A stretch of 64,000 bases of DNA, from contig OY843584.1 in NCBI GenBank assembly GCA_963692915.1, forward strand, positions 896,001-960,000, written 5' to 3'. Both the position numbers and the translations under genes were made by a program. Below, piece after piece: positions 47,837 through 58,655 of this stretch (position 1 is the stretch's first letter; each line of letters starts with the position of its first letter). The stretch comes from Cenarchaeum sp. (GTDB lineage: Archaea; Thermoproteota; Nitrososphaeria; Nitrososphaerales; Nitrosopumilaceae). The notes beneath the pieces are model-generated. The model searched no databases, was not told the origin of the DNA, and saw only the letters and a program-made list of their open reading frames with translations.

Positions 47837-50800
47837 CTAGGGGGCCGGAGGCCTGTACTCTACTGTAGGCGTCGCAGCCGTGTCCTCGACTGTCGCATGG
47901 TGCAGCGTGACTGACGTGGCACCCGAGAGGAGGAGCGCGTGGGCCGCAGGCACGCCAGGGGCCGGCGAGACGCCAGAGGCGACCCCACCGCCGATGCGCC
48001 AGTCAGATGCCACGAGGAGGCCGCTGACTGGCTCTAGGAATGTCACCTCAGTCATGCCCCTGCCGGCAGTCTGCGCGCCAAACGTCGGGAGGACCGTGTC
48101 GACGACTATGCGCGTCTGGCCGGCGTCGATGTCAGCCGGACCCACGCCGATGGCGTTGCCTGCGGCATCCCAGGCCTGTATGGCAAAGGCGAGCTCGCCC
48201 TGCGCGGCCCCTGTTGCCGGAACGACTAGCGCGTATGTCCAGGATGTCGACTGGTCTGACGGCGAGGCGGTCATGCCGGCAGTGGCTCCGAGAATCTCGA
48301 TCGTCGGCGTGTTCGAGCCGGCCGGCTCGTCAAGCGTGAGTGATGCAGTTATCATGTCATCGGCATTTGCGTATCTCGGTGCTGACGGGGAGGCCACGCT
48401 GCCGTCATGCGTGAGGGCAAATGAGAGCGAGGCGGCAGCCGGCCTGAACGCGTCATCAAACATTGTGACATCGGCGTTGGCGGCCAGGACGTTTGCCGGA
48501 GTCGCCCAGTCGCGTATGCGGCCCGCGTCATCAGCACCGGCGACATATGCGACTGTGAGCTCGGCGAGTGCGCCTGAGGATGGCGCGTGCGTGAGGAGCA
48601 GGCCGCGCCAGTCATCGACGATCGTGACGTCACTGACTGCAAGTGGCGTGTCATCACTCGTCTCCGTCGTGCCGTGCGTCTCGGTCACCGTCCAGTGGGC
48701 CGCGCGCATCTCCGGTGTGGACGCGTCATCAAGGCGTATCCTGTCAGTCACGGGATCAAGGCGCACAACTGTTCTGTCTGTCGAGATTGCCACTGCCGTG
48801 TGCGGCCGTGGGGGAGTCGTGTCACCATGGCTTGTGAATAGCGTGGTCGGCTCAAACGACACGCCGTTGGCGTCAGTCACCGAGGACGATATGGTGATGC
48901 GCACCTCGGGGTATTCGGGTGTCGGCACGGAGAGATCAGGTGACCCATCACCATCATCAAGGGAGTCACCATCAATGGCGCGCAGGGAGTTTATCTCGAT
49001 AATGTTGGCGCCTTCACTGTACGAAATTGTGGTGTAAAAACCACTTGTGCTAAAGCCCCCTATGCCAATACCAGCAAGGTTGGTATCATCAACTGTGCTG
49101 ACATCAAGCGGCTCACTCACCGATACGGCCAGCGTGTACCGGTCAGAAAAGACCACTTGTGAGGCAGTCGGCGGCGTGGCGTCATATGTGGCAGTCACCG
49201 GATCGGCAGGCACGTGGGCGTTGCCGCGCGCATCCTGCAGGGCAGCAGAGGCACTCACGCTATAGACTGTCGTCTCCACGGCATCACCGGCCAGGCCAAG
49301 CGTGACTCGCCGCGAGTGCTGTGTGTACGAGACCGCATCAGAGGAGGCCAGGAGGTTGTCAGTAGAGCCCGGAGCCGTGACGCTAAATGCGCCGCGTGTC
49401 ACCGTGGAGGCCTCTAGCGGCTCGTCAAACTCGGCATGCAGCGTCCTCGGGCCGGTGAACGAGGCGCCGACGAGCTTCGGACCGGCCGTGTCAGTCGCGC
49501 GCGTCACCGTTATCGGGTCAGTCGCCGGCGCGTTGCCGGCAGCATCGCGAATCTCTGGCGGGAGCGATAGCGTGTACGGGGCGCCTGCCACAAGATCACC
49601 GAGCAAAAAGAGGACCAGGCGGCTTTTAGGCGTGGTCTCCAGCACAGTGCGCGCCGTAGGGTCGTCTGGCACTGCACCAGGCGAGTTGTCGACCTGCCGG
49701 AGATACACGGGAGTCTCCAGGCCGCCCTCTGCGGTGAGTGTGAGGCCAGGTGCGTGGAGGTATGGAGGACGAGCGGTGTCAACAGAGAATGGCAGCAGAT
49801 ACCGTGTGGCCGTAAAGGCGTCAAGAACCTCGTCAAACCACACATGGATCTCGGCATGTACGGCGGACATGGTGTCAGTTCTGGGCACAAAGGCTGTAGC
49901 AGTGGTCGCCACGGCCGGCCCCACACCGTCAACGGCCGACGATCCAGGATACGCAACGCTGTTGCCGCCAAAGTCCTCAAGTGAGCCGTCTCCCGTTGAC
50001 ACGTATGACAGGGCCGGCGTTGCGCCGGGACCAGAGTTTGTGGCGTGCGTTATGGTTATGGTGGTGTCATCCGTTCCAGGCTTTATGGCAACAGAGCTCA
50101 CGGCCCTGTCGGTGCCGTCAGTCACTGTCCACTTGTTCAGGCGGTCTGCTGTGTCTGAGTCCCTAAATCGCACGGGCTCGCTAAATGTCACGTCTATGGT
50201 GGTGCGCGATGTGGTGAGCGCAGACGCAAAGGTCGGAGTCGCGCCATCTGTGGCGATCGTCGTGTGCGCAGGCAGTGCGGTGTCGCTCGCACTCAGGCGG
50301 TTCGCGTCTGTGGAGGGCATATACGATACTGCCGGTGTGGCGCCCGTGGTTCCAAGATCACGGTGGATTAGCGTGATGGTCGTGGTCCCCTGCTCCAGGG
50401 TGGCAGTAGACTGCTCAGAGGAGCCATGCCTGATCAGGCCTGCCGGAGAGCCGTCCACTGTCCACTCTTCAACAGACGTCGTCCCGCCCACTGCAGGACT
50501 GAACGTGACGGCCGTGCTCGCAGAAGTGGACGTCCTAGCCGTGAACGGCGCCGTGACTGCAGCATATGTTGAGGCTATTGGAGAGGCCGGTGCCGCATAG
50601 TGGACGCCATTGGCGTCGGTGACTGACGTGGCCACTGTCACCTCGTGGGACACAGCAGCGGCATCAGAGGCGAGGCTGAGCAGCACGGTTTGTGAGCCAC
50701 GCGAGTGCGTCACGGCGTTTGATGCCGCAAGGAGGTTTGTCTCGCTTTCGGCCACGGTTACAGAGAAGGCGCCGGGAACAATGGTGGTGAATGCCAGCGG

Positions 50801-53800
50801 CTCGCTAAACGTGAGGAGGAGGGCTCGCGGGCCAACAAACGTGGCGTCGCTGACCACCGGCGCAATCGCATCAGACGCAGGAATTCCAAGCGACTGGGGC
50901 AGCTCTTGTGCTCCAGAAAAGAGTCCGTTTGTTCCGCCCATGCCAAGAGATGGAATATAGTCGATCGCCAGCGGAGAGCCGCGCGATGCCAGTGTGGCCG
51001 CGTCTGGCGCGGCGGCATGGGTCAATGTCATGGAGTCCGTGCCGACGGGCACAAAGATGCGCCCCGTCGCAGTTATTGGCACATTGTCCAGGCTCTGTAT
51101 GCCCAGGGCAGGGGCGTCCTCCACTGCCCACGCGCCAGCTGACGTGTACCCGCCAACAGGGCGGTCAAACTCGACAACAGTGAACGTCGCGGCGACTGAC
51201 CTGGCCACAAATGACGGCGGCCGGACGTTTAGCACTGGCATGTCAGAGACAGCACCCAGCGCGTTGGGCGGGGACGCAATGTCAACGACATCCCCGCCGT
51301 CGTCACGTGGCGAGTACGAGACGCCAAGCGCCGAGAGCGGTGGCGCAGCCTCGTGCGTGAGGACAAGCGTCCTTCCAGCGTCTGGAGTGGAGAACACGGT
51401 TCCATCCTCGAGCACCCTTGTGAGCGAGGGCAAGTCCACTCCAGTCACGCCAAGTGTCTGTCCCGGGACTGCCGACACTGTCCAGTGGGCAGTCCTTAAA
51501 GCTGTGCGCGAGAGGTCACTGAACGTAACGTCTTCGTCAAAGATGATCGCCGTAGTCGAGGGTGTGCGCGACTCGGCGCGCATGATGGTCGGCGCTGCTG
51601 CGTCTTCGTATGTGGCCGTGATGGAACTAGTGCGCAGTGGCTGACCGGTTCCGTCGTCGGAAAAGTGCGTGCCCACAGTGTCCGTCACAGACGATGGCAC
51701 GATGACCAGGTACGCCTCACCGTCGACGGGGGTGCCCGTTACGCGAATTGTGAGGGTGGACTGGCCGGGCACGTATGACACATCAGAGTCCCCGAGGCCG
51801 CGCACGTATATGCCGCCTAGCGTGGCCGGATCAAGGGCCTCGCTGACTACAAGGCGAACCGCGCTCTTGGAGGCAAACGCCGCACTGAGTATGGCCGGCG
51901 CCCTGCCATGCGTGACCGTTATAGTCTCGACAGTTGACGCGTTTGTCCCGTCAGACACCGAGGGCACAGTTATTTCATAGCGCGCACCGTCAAGCAGGAC
52001 GTGCGTGTCCAGGTCCAGGCTGACTAGAGATCCTGCGTTGGCGGCATCATGTGATGGCGTGACGGCAAGTGCGCCTGATGCCCCAACGCGGCTGACGGCA
52101 AATCCGGTCAGGGTTGGATCGGAGAGATCCTCGTCAAAGTGGACGTCAAACCGATTGTCCCCACGATGGACGATCCTCACGTCCGTGACCTGCGGCGGGC
52201 TTGTGTCAGACGGGGCGTTGTACGTAACGTCGTGTGTGCGTGAAATTCCAAATCTTCCGTCATATGCGCGAATGGACGAAAGGAGGCGCACCTCATATGT
52301 CGAGCCGTCCACCGCCTCGTTCTCCGTATGCAGCGTCACAATGTTGGATCGCGGGACATAGTCTTGCGCTATTGCGCCAAGGCCGGCGACCATCACGCTC
52401 TCGACGGTTGTGGGGTCAATTGGCCTGTTGAGCGTCACAATTATGGTGTTTGGCGAGGAGAACGCCGCAGAGACGACATTCGGGCGACTGTCATCAGAAC
52501 GCCTGACGTTCTCGATCGACAGGTCACCAGATATGGCCACGCCGTTGTCGCCCCTTATGAGGCCGTGCAGGGTGACAGTATAGTCAACACCGCTGCTCAA
52601 TGGAGATGTGGGGAACAGGTTTAGCGTGGTCGAACCCCTGATGTAAGAATACCTGGAAAAGAGGTTGGTGTCAGGCGCACTAGATTCCGCTATTGCAAAC
52701 GAGTCGCCACTTAGCGAGTTGGGATCCAGTGGCCTCGTGAGCAGAACGGTCACACGGTCACCACTGCTGCTGGCATATGCGGACAGCGCACGTGGTGGAT
52801 CCACGTCTGCCGGAGTAACTGCGAGGCTACGTGTCGGAGACAGCAGGCCGGAATATCCGGCGCCCGGAATCGTGGCAAACCTCGCAAAATGGTCTCTAGA
52901 TCGGTCGTCCCTACTGGGCATGAACGTTAACTGTGTACCAGGGGGCAGGATAACAGAGTGTGCCGGTGGCATGGTGTCCGGCGCGCGCATGGTATGAAGC
53001 GTGACCTCTGTTGAGCCTTCGTTGTATTCGGCCACAACGTCCCCCAGGGGCGGTGAGACTCCAATCGTGACTGCCCCACGAAATCCAGCTGTGCTTCTCG
53101 GGGAGGCCGGCTTAAGTAATTGGGGCTGCATGTCAACAAATGGAAGCGGGCCGGCAGAGAAGTCCAGTGGGCGATCAACGGAGATGCGAATGGCACGATC
53201 GCCCACAAATGCCGCCTCTCCTATTCGGGGACTCGCCTTGAGACCCAAAAGCGAAACAGACACCCCAGATGACCCTGTTGCCGGAATGGGCAGCTCTCCG
53301 GCAAGCTTGTTCGTGTTGGCAGCGGCGGGTGTGTATTCCACGCGTAGTGTCCTCGCAGTAGAGTCCAGCACATAGTCAGTCACCAGGGTCATCTGCGTAA
53401 TCGCGTCGGTGCGCGATAACTGGCGTGCAAGGGCAGAGTCGTCAGCCCCGATAAGGCGTGGTGACGAGGACGCCACGACGGTGTTCGAGTCGTTGATCAA
53501 GGACACAGTCCACTCGGAGGCGCTTGTGCTTCCTGTTATGGCCTGCGAAAACGCGATCGAGAGACCCACATTGCCCGAGGAGTGGGGCATGACAGAGTCA
53601 GGCACGATGGAAAATGACGGAGCCGCAGCCGATGAGATCGACTGTGATAGTGTAAAGGTTGTCGGATTATACGCATTGCCGGCTCTGTCAGCGAGTGTGG
53701 AGTGTATCGCGAGCGTGTGCGTCCCCTGCGCGGCCAGGGGATCCAGGGTCAGGATCACACGGGTCGAGCCTGGCGCATATGACGGGGACACTGTTGGCGC

Positions 53801-56287
53801 AGTTCCGGAGTCAGGCGTCACGGTGAACGCCGCACCAGAGACGGTGTTGCCATCAAGCGGCTCGGCAAACTCTAGGAGTATCGAGTTGCGCGCCGTAAAC
53901 GACGGCCTAGGCGGCGTGGGGGCAGTCGTGTCAACCACCACGTTGCCGCCCGAGGTTGTGGACGCAGGCGTGTATTCCGCCCCCGCACCATGCACGCGAA
54001 ACACCGCAGACCCTTCAGGTGTAGAGCTCGTGACGGCATATGTTGCGCGCCAAGTCCTGCCAGTGTCACCCACAGCAGACATTGGGGCAGGCGATCCCCC
54101 ATAGAATGACGCTCTTGGGGGATCATCAGACACTGCAGATGCTAGACCCAGGGTGACCACAATGGTCTGGCCTGCTGAGGCGAGGCGCGCGCCATCACCA
54201 GACTTTGGCGATCCGCCGTCGATCACGTGAACCGTCAGCGATGCTGGATATTTTGGGTATGAGGGAATTGTGTTTATGGCAAAAACCTCCCCCAGATCCG
54301 GATATCCTCGAGCCTCCCAGTCCTCCCTGAACTCGTGTATGGTCAATGCCGGAGGCTCCGATGACGCATCTGTGGATCCTCGGAACGCGTCCCATATCAT
54401 CTGCGTTGCGCCGCGTATGGTGTCACCGCTCTCCACAGTCGAGTCGTGCAGGTCCCAGAGCAGCGAGGATATGCGCCCCTCCACAGCATCGCCGTGACCA
54501 AGTGGAAGTGTGGTCAAGCCATCACGTATTGTAGTTGAGGACTCGAGATCCCACGTTACCTCCGGCGACCTCACGGTTTGATGCGTGCCATCCACGAGCG
54601 CAGGAACAAAATTTGCCCATCCCTCAAACCATGCGCATGTTTCAGAGGACGGAACGAAAAAGTAGTGGGGGCGACAGTATGCCAAATTAGGCAGAGAGAT
54701 CTGTCCGTAAACACTGTTATGCACATGATGGCCATATTCATGTAAAACCGTGCTGCGGATGCTCACACGGTCCATGGCATCGTTAAGCGAGATCTGCCGA
54801 GCAGCTGCGCTATAAAACGCACCATCGCCCGTCGAGAAATATGCAAGTACACGCGGAACATTATATCCAAATGTGGACTCAAAGAAATCATGAGCCTCTG
54901 TGATTTCGTCAAGCGCCCAGAACGCCGTGTTGAACGGTTGGCCTGAAGCTATCGTGTGAGTCATAAGATTAAGCACTCCAGCAGGCGCATTCTCCTGAGT
55001 GGGAAGATCAAACATATACAGCACCAGGAAACCTTCTGATATATGACGCACGCTCGAAAAAGAGTTGAATGTAAGCACTCGAACCACTATGTCCGGGCCG
55101 CCATCTCCATCTGGATCAGTAGAAGACACGGCAGCAAAAAATAATCCATTAGAATCCAAAATCCTGCAGACATCTATGTCAGAGTTACGGAGAAGCACGA
55201 GGTCATCATCTGAATTCCTGTCATATAGGCACGCAGCAGCGTTTGCTGCAGGAACTATATTTCCTGTCCTATCGTGAACTAGCACTCTTCCATACACTAA
55301 CACCTGGTCAGCGGCACTTTGTCCGCTCGGACCAATAGCCGACTTGATAGTCTCGGGCAGGTCATTCTCTGCGAGAGGTGTCACGATAGGAGGCGGAAAC
55401 ACATACGTGTGCCGTAGTTCGGGCACGATTGTGGCAGTGCCGGCAGCTCCGCCCGCGCCGGCAGCTCCGCCCGCGCCGGCAGCTCCGCCCGCGCCGGCAG
55501 CTCCGCCCGCGCCGGCAGCTCCGCCCGCGCCGGCAGCTCCCGCAGCTCCGCCGGCAGCCTGTGCTGCTGCCGCATACGCCGCAGGACTCGCTGCCGGAAT
55601 CGGATTTTTCGCCAGGTCGTCCAGCTCATCGGCAAATGACCGCACCACAAGGGAGTCAGGATCAATGGACGGGTATTCCGTAGAGATTGTCGCCTTGAGG
55701 CCCTGCGCATTGTTCACAAACCACACGAGAGGCGCCGCATCTGCCCCAGAGAGGCCCAGATCCACGTACAGCTCTGTCCCACTGTACACCACGGGCTCGT
55801 TGAGAACCACGTTGAACATCACATTGTGCGCGCCAGTGCCAGGCCGATATGGCAGCAGTCCCGTATACTCGTACGTCGAGCGCCCGTTGCCGTCTATCCA
55901 GAGGAGCCTCTTTGTGAGATCCGTGGCGCCGAGGAGCTCAAACTCCTCGGGGAAGCGCAGCAGGATCTCACCACCCGTGTATCCCGCCGGAGGCGTGGCG
56001 ACCCCAAACTCGGCAGGCCACGCATAGTATCCTTCCGGAGGAGTCCTGTCAGAGGCCTTGCCGATGGCCGCGTTGCCCGGCACCTCCTCCCACGCATACC
56101 ACCAGCTGACCGGAAACGGCACGCCGACTGTGATGGTCTCTGGTATCTCGCTGTGGGTTCCCATTGGCCACTGGCACTCAAAGTCGCACGGTATGGCCGA
56201 GGGCGTCGCGTGAGCCAGTGCGGCAGAGCCGGAGGCTGCCAGCGCGGCGGCCACGATGAGCGCAAGCGCCAGTGTTCTGACCCCCAT
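47837..56287 (-). CDS. Giant secreted protein: signal peptide, zinc metallopeptidase domain, long array of Ig-like repeats
   Basis: Signal LALALIVAAALAASGSAALA; HEYGHH...WFEGWANF; many [LF]xFxEPL/D..GN/DTxPP units; TTATATATAA box at 56310-56320. Confidence 0.85.
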   Translation of the reverse strand: MGVRTLALALIVAAALAASGSAALAHATPSAIPCDFECQWPMGTHSEIPETITVGVPFPVSWWYAWEEVPGNAAIGKASDRTPPEGYYAWPAEFGVATPPAGYTGGEILLRFPEEFELLGATDLTKRLLWIDGNGRSTYEYTGLLPYRPGTGAHNVMFNVVLNEPVVYSGTELYVDLGLSGADAAPLVWFVNNAQGLKATISTEYPSIDPDSLVVRSFADELDDLAKNPIPAASPAAYAAAAQAAGGAAGAAGAGGAAGAGGAAGAGGAAGAGGAAGAGGAAGTATIVPELRHTYVFPPPIVTPLAENDLPETIKSAIGPSGQSAADQVLVYGRVLVHDRTGNIVPAANAAACLYDRNSDDDLVLLRNSDIDVCRILDSNGLFFAAVSSTDPDGDGGPDIVVRVLTFNSFSSVRHISEGFLVLYMFDLPTQENAPAGVLNLMTHTIASGQPFNTAFWALDEITEAHDFFESTFGYNVPRVLAYFSTGDGAFYSAAARQISLNDAMDRVSIRSTVLHEYGHHVHNSVYGQISLPNLAYCRPHYFFVPSSETCAWFEGWANFVPALVDGTHQTVRSPEVTWDLESSTTIRDGLTTLPLGHGDAVEGRISSLLWDLHDSTVESGDTIRGATQMIWDAFRGSTDASSEPPALTIHEFREDWEARGYPDLGEVFAINTIPSYPKYPASLTVHVIDGGSPKSGDGARLASAGQTIVVTLGLASAVSDDPPRASFYGGSPAPMSAVGDTGRTWRATYAVTSSTPEGSAVFRVHGAGAEYTPASTTSGGNVVVDTTAPTPPRPSFTARNSILLEFAEPLDGNTVSGAAFTVTPDSGTAPTVSPSYAPGSTRVILTLDPLAAQGTHTLAIHSTLADRAGNAYNPTTFTLSQSISSAAAPSFSIVPDSVMPHSSGNVGLSIAFSQAITGSTSASEWTVSLINDSNTVVASSSPRLIGADDSALARQLSRTDAITQMTLVTDYVLDSTARTLRVEYTPAAANTNKLAGELPIPATGSSGVSVSLLGLKASPRIGEAAFVGDRAIRISVDRPLDFSAGPLPFVDMQPQLLKPASPRSTAGFRGAVTIGVSPPLGDVVAEYNEGSTEVTLHTMRAPDTMPPAHSVILPPGTQLTFMPSRDDRSRDHFARFATIPGAGYSGLLSPTRSLAVTPADVDPPRALSAYASSSGDRVTVLLTRPLDPNSLSGDSFAIAESSAPDTNLFSRYSYIRGSTTLNLFPTSPLSSGVDYTVTLHGLIRGDNGVAISGDLSIENVRRSDDSRPNVVSAAFSSPNTIIVTLNRPIDPTTVESVMVAGLGAIAQDYVPRSNIVTLHTENEAVDGSTYEVRLLSSIRAYDGRFGISRTHDVTYNAPSDTSPPQVTDVRIVHRGDNRFDVHFDEDLSDPTLTGFAVSRVGASGALAVTPSHDAANAGSLVSLDLDTHVLLDGARYEITVPSVSDGTNASTVETITVTHGRAPAILSAAFASKSAVRLVVSEALDPATLGGIYVRGLGDSDVSYVPGQSTLTIRVTGTPVDGEAYLVIVPSSVTDTVGTHFSDDGTGQPLRTSSITATYEDAAAPTIMRAESRTPSTTAIIFDEDVTFSDLSRTALRTAHWTVSAVPGQTLGVTGVDLPSLTRVLEDGTVFSTPDAGRTLVLTHEAAPPLSALGVSYSPRDDGGDVVDIASPPNALGAVSDMPVLNVRPPSFVARSVAATFTVVEFDRPVGGYTSAGAWAVEDAPALGIQSLDNVPITATGRIFVPVGTDSMTLTHAAAPDAATLASRGSPLAIDYIPSLGMGGTNGLFSGAQELPQSLGIPASDAIAPVVSDATFVGPRALLLTFSEPLAFTTIVPGAFSVTVAESETNLLAASNAVTHSRGSQTVLLSLASDAAAVSHEVTVATSVTDANGVHYAAPASPIASTYAAVTAPFTARTSTSASTAVTFSPAVGGTTSVEEWTVDGSPAGLIRHGSSEQSTATLEQGTTTITLIHRDLGTTGATPAVSYMPSTDANRLSASDTALPAHTTIATDGATPTFASALTTSRTTIDVTFSEPVRFRDSDTADRLNKWTVTDGTDRAVSSVAIKPGTDDTTITITHATNSGPGATPALSYVSTGDGSLEDFGGNSVAYPGSSAVDGVGPAVATTATAFVPRTDTMSAVHAEIHVWFDEVLDAFTATRYLLPFSVDTARPPYLHAPGLTLTAEGGLETPVYLRQVDNSPGAVPDDPTARTVLETTPKSRLVLFLLGDLVAGAPYTLSLPPEIRDAAGNAPATDPITVTRATDTAGPKLVGASFTGPRTLHAEFDEPLEASTVTRGAFSVTAPGSTDNLLASSDAVSYTQHSRRVTLGLAGDAVETTVYSVSASAALQDARGNAHVPADPVTATYDATPPTASQVVFSDRYTLAVSVSEPLDVSTVDDTNLAGIGIGGFSTSGFYTTISYSEGANIIEINSLRAIDGDSLDDGDGSPDLSVPTPEYPEVRITISSSVTDANGVSFEPTTLFTSHGDTTPPRPHTAVAISTDRTVVRLDPVTDRIRLDDASTPEMRAAHWTVTETHGTTETSDDTPLAVSDVTIVDDWRGLLLTHAPSSGALAELTVAYVAGADDAGRIRDWATPANVLAANADVTMFDDAFRPAAASLSFALTHDGSVASPSAPRYANADDMITASLTLDEPAGSNTPTIEILGATAGMTASPSDQSTSWTYALVVPATGAAQGELAFAIQAWDAAGNAIGVGPADIDAGQTRIVVDTVLPTFGAQTAGRGMTEVTFLEPVSGLLVASDWRIGGGVASGVSPAPGVPAAHALLLSGATSVTLHHATVEDTAATPTVEYRPPAP
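55439..55540 (-). repeat. 18-bp coding tandem repeat x5.7 encoding (AGGAAG)n
   Basis: GCCGGCAGCTCCGCCCGC perfect x5 plus a 12-nt partial copy. Confidence 0.95.
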
Positions 56288-56446
56288 TACGGCACGGATC
56301 ATCGAGGCCTTATATAATAAGAGATCTCTAGCAGGACAGCCCCGTTATCGCCATAACCGGCGTAGTCTGGCACCACCCAAGTGCGCCCCAACCCACGCGC
56401 AAGGCGGCCATGACGGGTTAAATACCGCATCCGCAAGGCGTGCGGC

Positions 56447-56547
56447 GCAGGGGTATCAAAGCCTGGCCAAATGAGGGGGACTCAAGACCACAGTGGGCAA
56501 TCCCCTCCCTCAGGGGTTCGTGGGTTCGAATCCCGCCCCCTGCACCA
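56447..56547 (+). tRNA. tRNA-Leu(CAA) with a 13-nt canonical 37/38 intron (56487-56499)
   Basis: GCAGGGG/CCCCTGC-A-CCA acceptor; GGGGA-CT-CAA-G[ACCACAGTGGGCA]A-TCCCC; long variable arm; relaxed BHB (CTCA/TGGG). Confidence 0.92.
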
Positions 56548-56609
56548 ACAATAGGTCACAACAGCAAATCCTGAAACAGTGAAATACGCTCCGGGTCTGT
56601 GCGGCATGC

Positions 56610-58655
56610 ATGAACCGCCTTGCGGACCAGACGAGCCCCTACCTCCTCCAGCACGCGTCAAACCCCGTTGACTGGCACGCGTGGGGGCCGCACGCCCTCG
56701 AGCTCGCAAAGGAGAGGGACGTCCCCATATTCCTGAGCGTCGGGTATAGCGCGTGCCACTGGTGCCACGTCATGGCGCACGAGTCATTTGAGAACGCCGG
56801 CATTGCCGAGTTTCTCAACGAGAACTATGTTAGCATAAAGGTCGACCGCGAGGAGCGGCCAGACATTGATGACATTTACCAGAGGGCGTGCATGGAGGCC
56901 ACCGGCCAGGGCGGGTGGCCGCTCAGCGCGTTTCTCACGCCAGACCAGAGGCCGTTTTACATTGGCACATACTATCCGCCGCTTGACACTGCCGGCAGGC
57001 CGGGATTCTCCAGCCTCATCAGGCAGCTCGCACAGACGTGGAGCGAGCAGAGATCATCGGTCAATGACGGCGCAGAGCGATTTATGCGGCGCATGGCAGA
57101 ACAAGGCGTCGGATCCTCCACAGGCGACACGCCGCACGACACTGTCGAGCGGGCCGCAGACACGCTCATGTCAATGGCAGATATCACCAACGGCGGCTTT
57201 GGCCACGCGCCAAAGTTCCCAAACGCCGCATGCCTCACGTTCCTCCTCTGCCACTCTACGCTCGAGGGCCAAAGGCACTCAGGCGCGCACGCGCTTCGCA
57301 CGCTGCGCCGCATGGCAGCCGGAGGCATGTACGACCACGTCGGTGGCGGGTTTCACAGGTACTCGACTGACGCGCGATGGCTCGTGCCGCACTTTGAGAA
57401 AATGGCATACGACAATGCGCTCGTGCCGCCAGTCTATGCGGCCGCATACGCGCTCACGCGCGATCCCGAGTACCTGCGGCCGGCAACACGAACCATGGAC
57501 TTTGCGCTGCGCGAGCTCGCCGACGGGGACGGCGGGTTTGCCTCTGCGCTAGATGCCGACTCGGAGGGCGAGGAGGGCGCATACTATGTCTGGTCGGCGC
57601 GCGAGGTTCGCGACATCCTAGGCGAGGATGCGGACATGTTCTGCCTGTACTATGACGTGACTGACGGCGGCAACTGGGAGGGCAAGACGATACTGCGCAA
57701 CAGCGTGGCCCTCTCGGCAGTCGCGTTTAGGTTTGGGATCGACGAGGCCGCAGCGCGAACGCGCCTTGATGCGGGCCTCGCGAGGCTCCTTGATGCGCGA
57801 TCATCGAGGGAGAGACCCGGACTTGATGACAAGAGGATCGCCGCATGGAACGCAATGATGGCCGTGTCCCTCTGTGCTGTCGGAGCTGCCGCACAAGAGT
57901 CAATGTATGTCGAGGCCGCCGCGCGCTGCGTGGACTATATGCGCGATCGCCTCTGCTCGCGCGACGAGCCGGCGAGCCTCCTGCGCTCACGGCGCGGCAC
58001 GAGGGCCGGAGAGGTGCCCGCATACCTAGAGGATCACGCGTGGCATGCTGAGGCCCTAGTCGACGTGTTCTGCGCCGGCGGCGATCCGGCCCTCCTCAAG
58101 CGTGCCGAGGCAGTCGCCGACACGATCCTCGAGCGGTTTTATGACGGCGAGGGCGGCTTTTACATGACCGGCGAGGGAACCCACGAGGCCCTCATAGTCA
58201 GGCCGCGCAGCATGCATGACCTCTCGGTCCCGTCAGGCGCATCAGTGGCAGTGCGCGCGCTATGGAGAATAGGCCATCTTGCCGGCAACGAAAATCACAT
58301 TGGCGCAGCAAGGCGCGCGATGGCCGCGCGTGAGGCAGCAGCCACCGAGAACCCGTTTGCCGCAGGCGCGATGCTCTGCTCCATATTTGCGCGCGAGCGC
58401 GGTCCAGTAGAGGTAACGCTCCTTGACGGGGGCGGCGCGTCCGGAATGCGTGCAGCACTAGAGACGCGCTTTGCGCCAGAGGCAATATCCGTAAGAATAG
58501 GAGAACGGCGCAATCTTGACGCACTCGCATCGCGCGCATTCTTTGCCGGAAAGGAGTTCAGCAACGGCGAGCAGGTAGCATACGTCTGCAAAAACTCCAC
58601 ATGTTCGGCGCCAATATCATCAGTTGACGGACTCGCACGCCAGATGCGCACCTAG
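56610..58655 (+). CDS. yyaL: Thioredoxin-domain protein YyaL/SSP411 (DUF255)
   Basis: MNRLADQTSPYLLQHASNPVDW, CHWCHVMAHESF, KVDREERPDID, PHFEKM.YDNA. Confidence 0.93.
   Translation: MNRLADQTSPYLLQHASNPVDWHAWGPHALELAKERDVPIFLSVGYSACHWCHVMAHESFENAGIAEFLNENYVSIKVDREERPDIDDIYQRACMEATGQGGWPLSAFLTPDQRPFYIGTYYPPLDTAGRPGFSSLIRQLAQTWSEQRSSVNDGAERFMRRMAEQGVGSSTGDTPHDTVERAADTLMSMADITNGGFGHAPKFPNAACLTFLLCHSTLEGQRHSGAHALRTLRRMAAGGMYDHVGGGFHRYSTDARWLVPHFEKMAYDNALVPPVYAAAYALTRDPEYLRPATRTMDFALRELADGDGGFASALDADSEGEEGAYYVWSAREVRDILGEDADMFCLYYDVTDGGNWEGKTILRNSVALSAVAFRFGIDEAAARTRLDAGLARLLDARSSRERPGLDDKRIAAWNAMMAVSLCAVGAAAQESMYVEAAARCVDYMRDRLCSRDEPASLLRSRRGTRAGEVPAYLEDHAWHAEALVDVFCAGGDPALLKRAEAVADTILERFYDGEGGFYMTGEGTHEALIVRPRSMHDLSVPSGASVAVRALWRIGHLAGNENHIGAARRAMAAREAAATENPFAAGAMLCSIFARERGPVEVTLLDGGGASGMRAALETRFAPEAISVRIGERRNLDALASRAFFAGKEFSNGEQVAYVCKNSTCSAPISSVDGLARQMRT

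Noticed and set aside
47880-56027. Long plus-strand ORFs (e.g. 47880..49037, 49302..50600, 55344..56027)
   Set aside because: Antisense shadows of the giant CDS caused by GC-rich codon bias; no motifs. The same applies to shadows over the nuo, acc and rib genes.
47837-56547. Giant gene as a tRNA-Leu-integrated island
   Set aside because: It lies on the 5' side of the tRNA, and I saw no duplicated tRNA 3' end or integrase.
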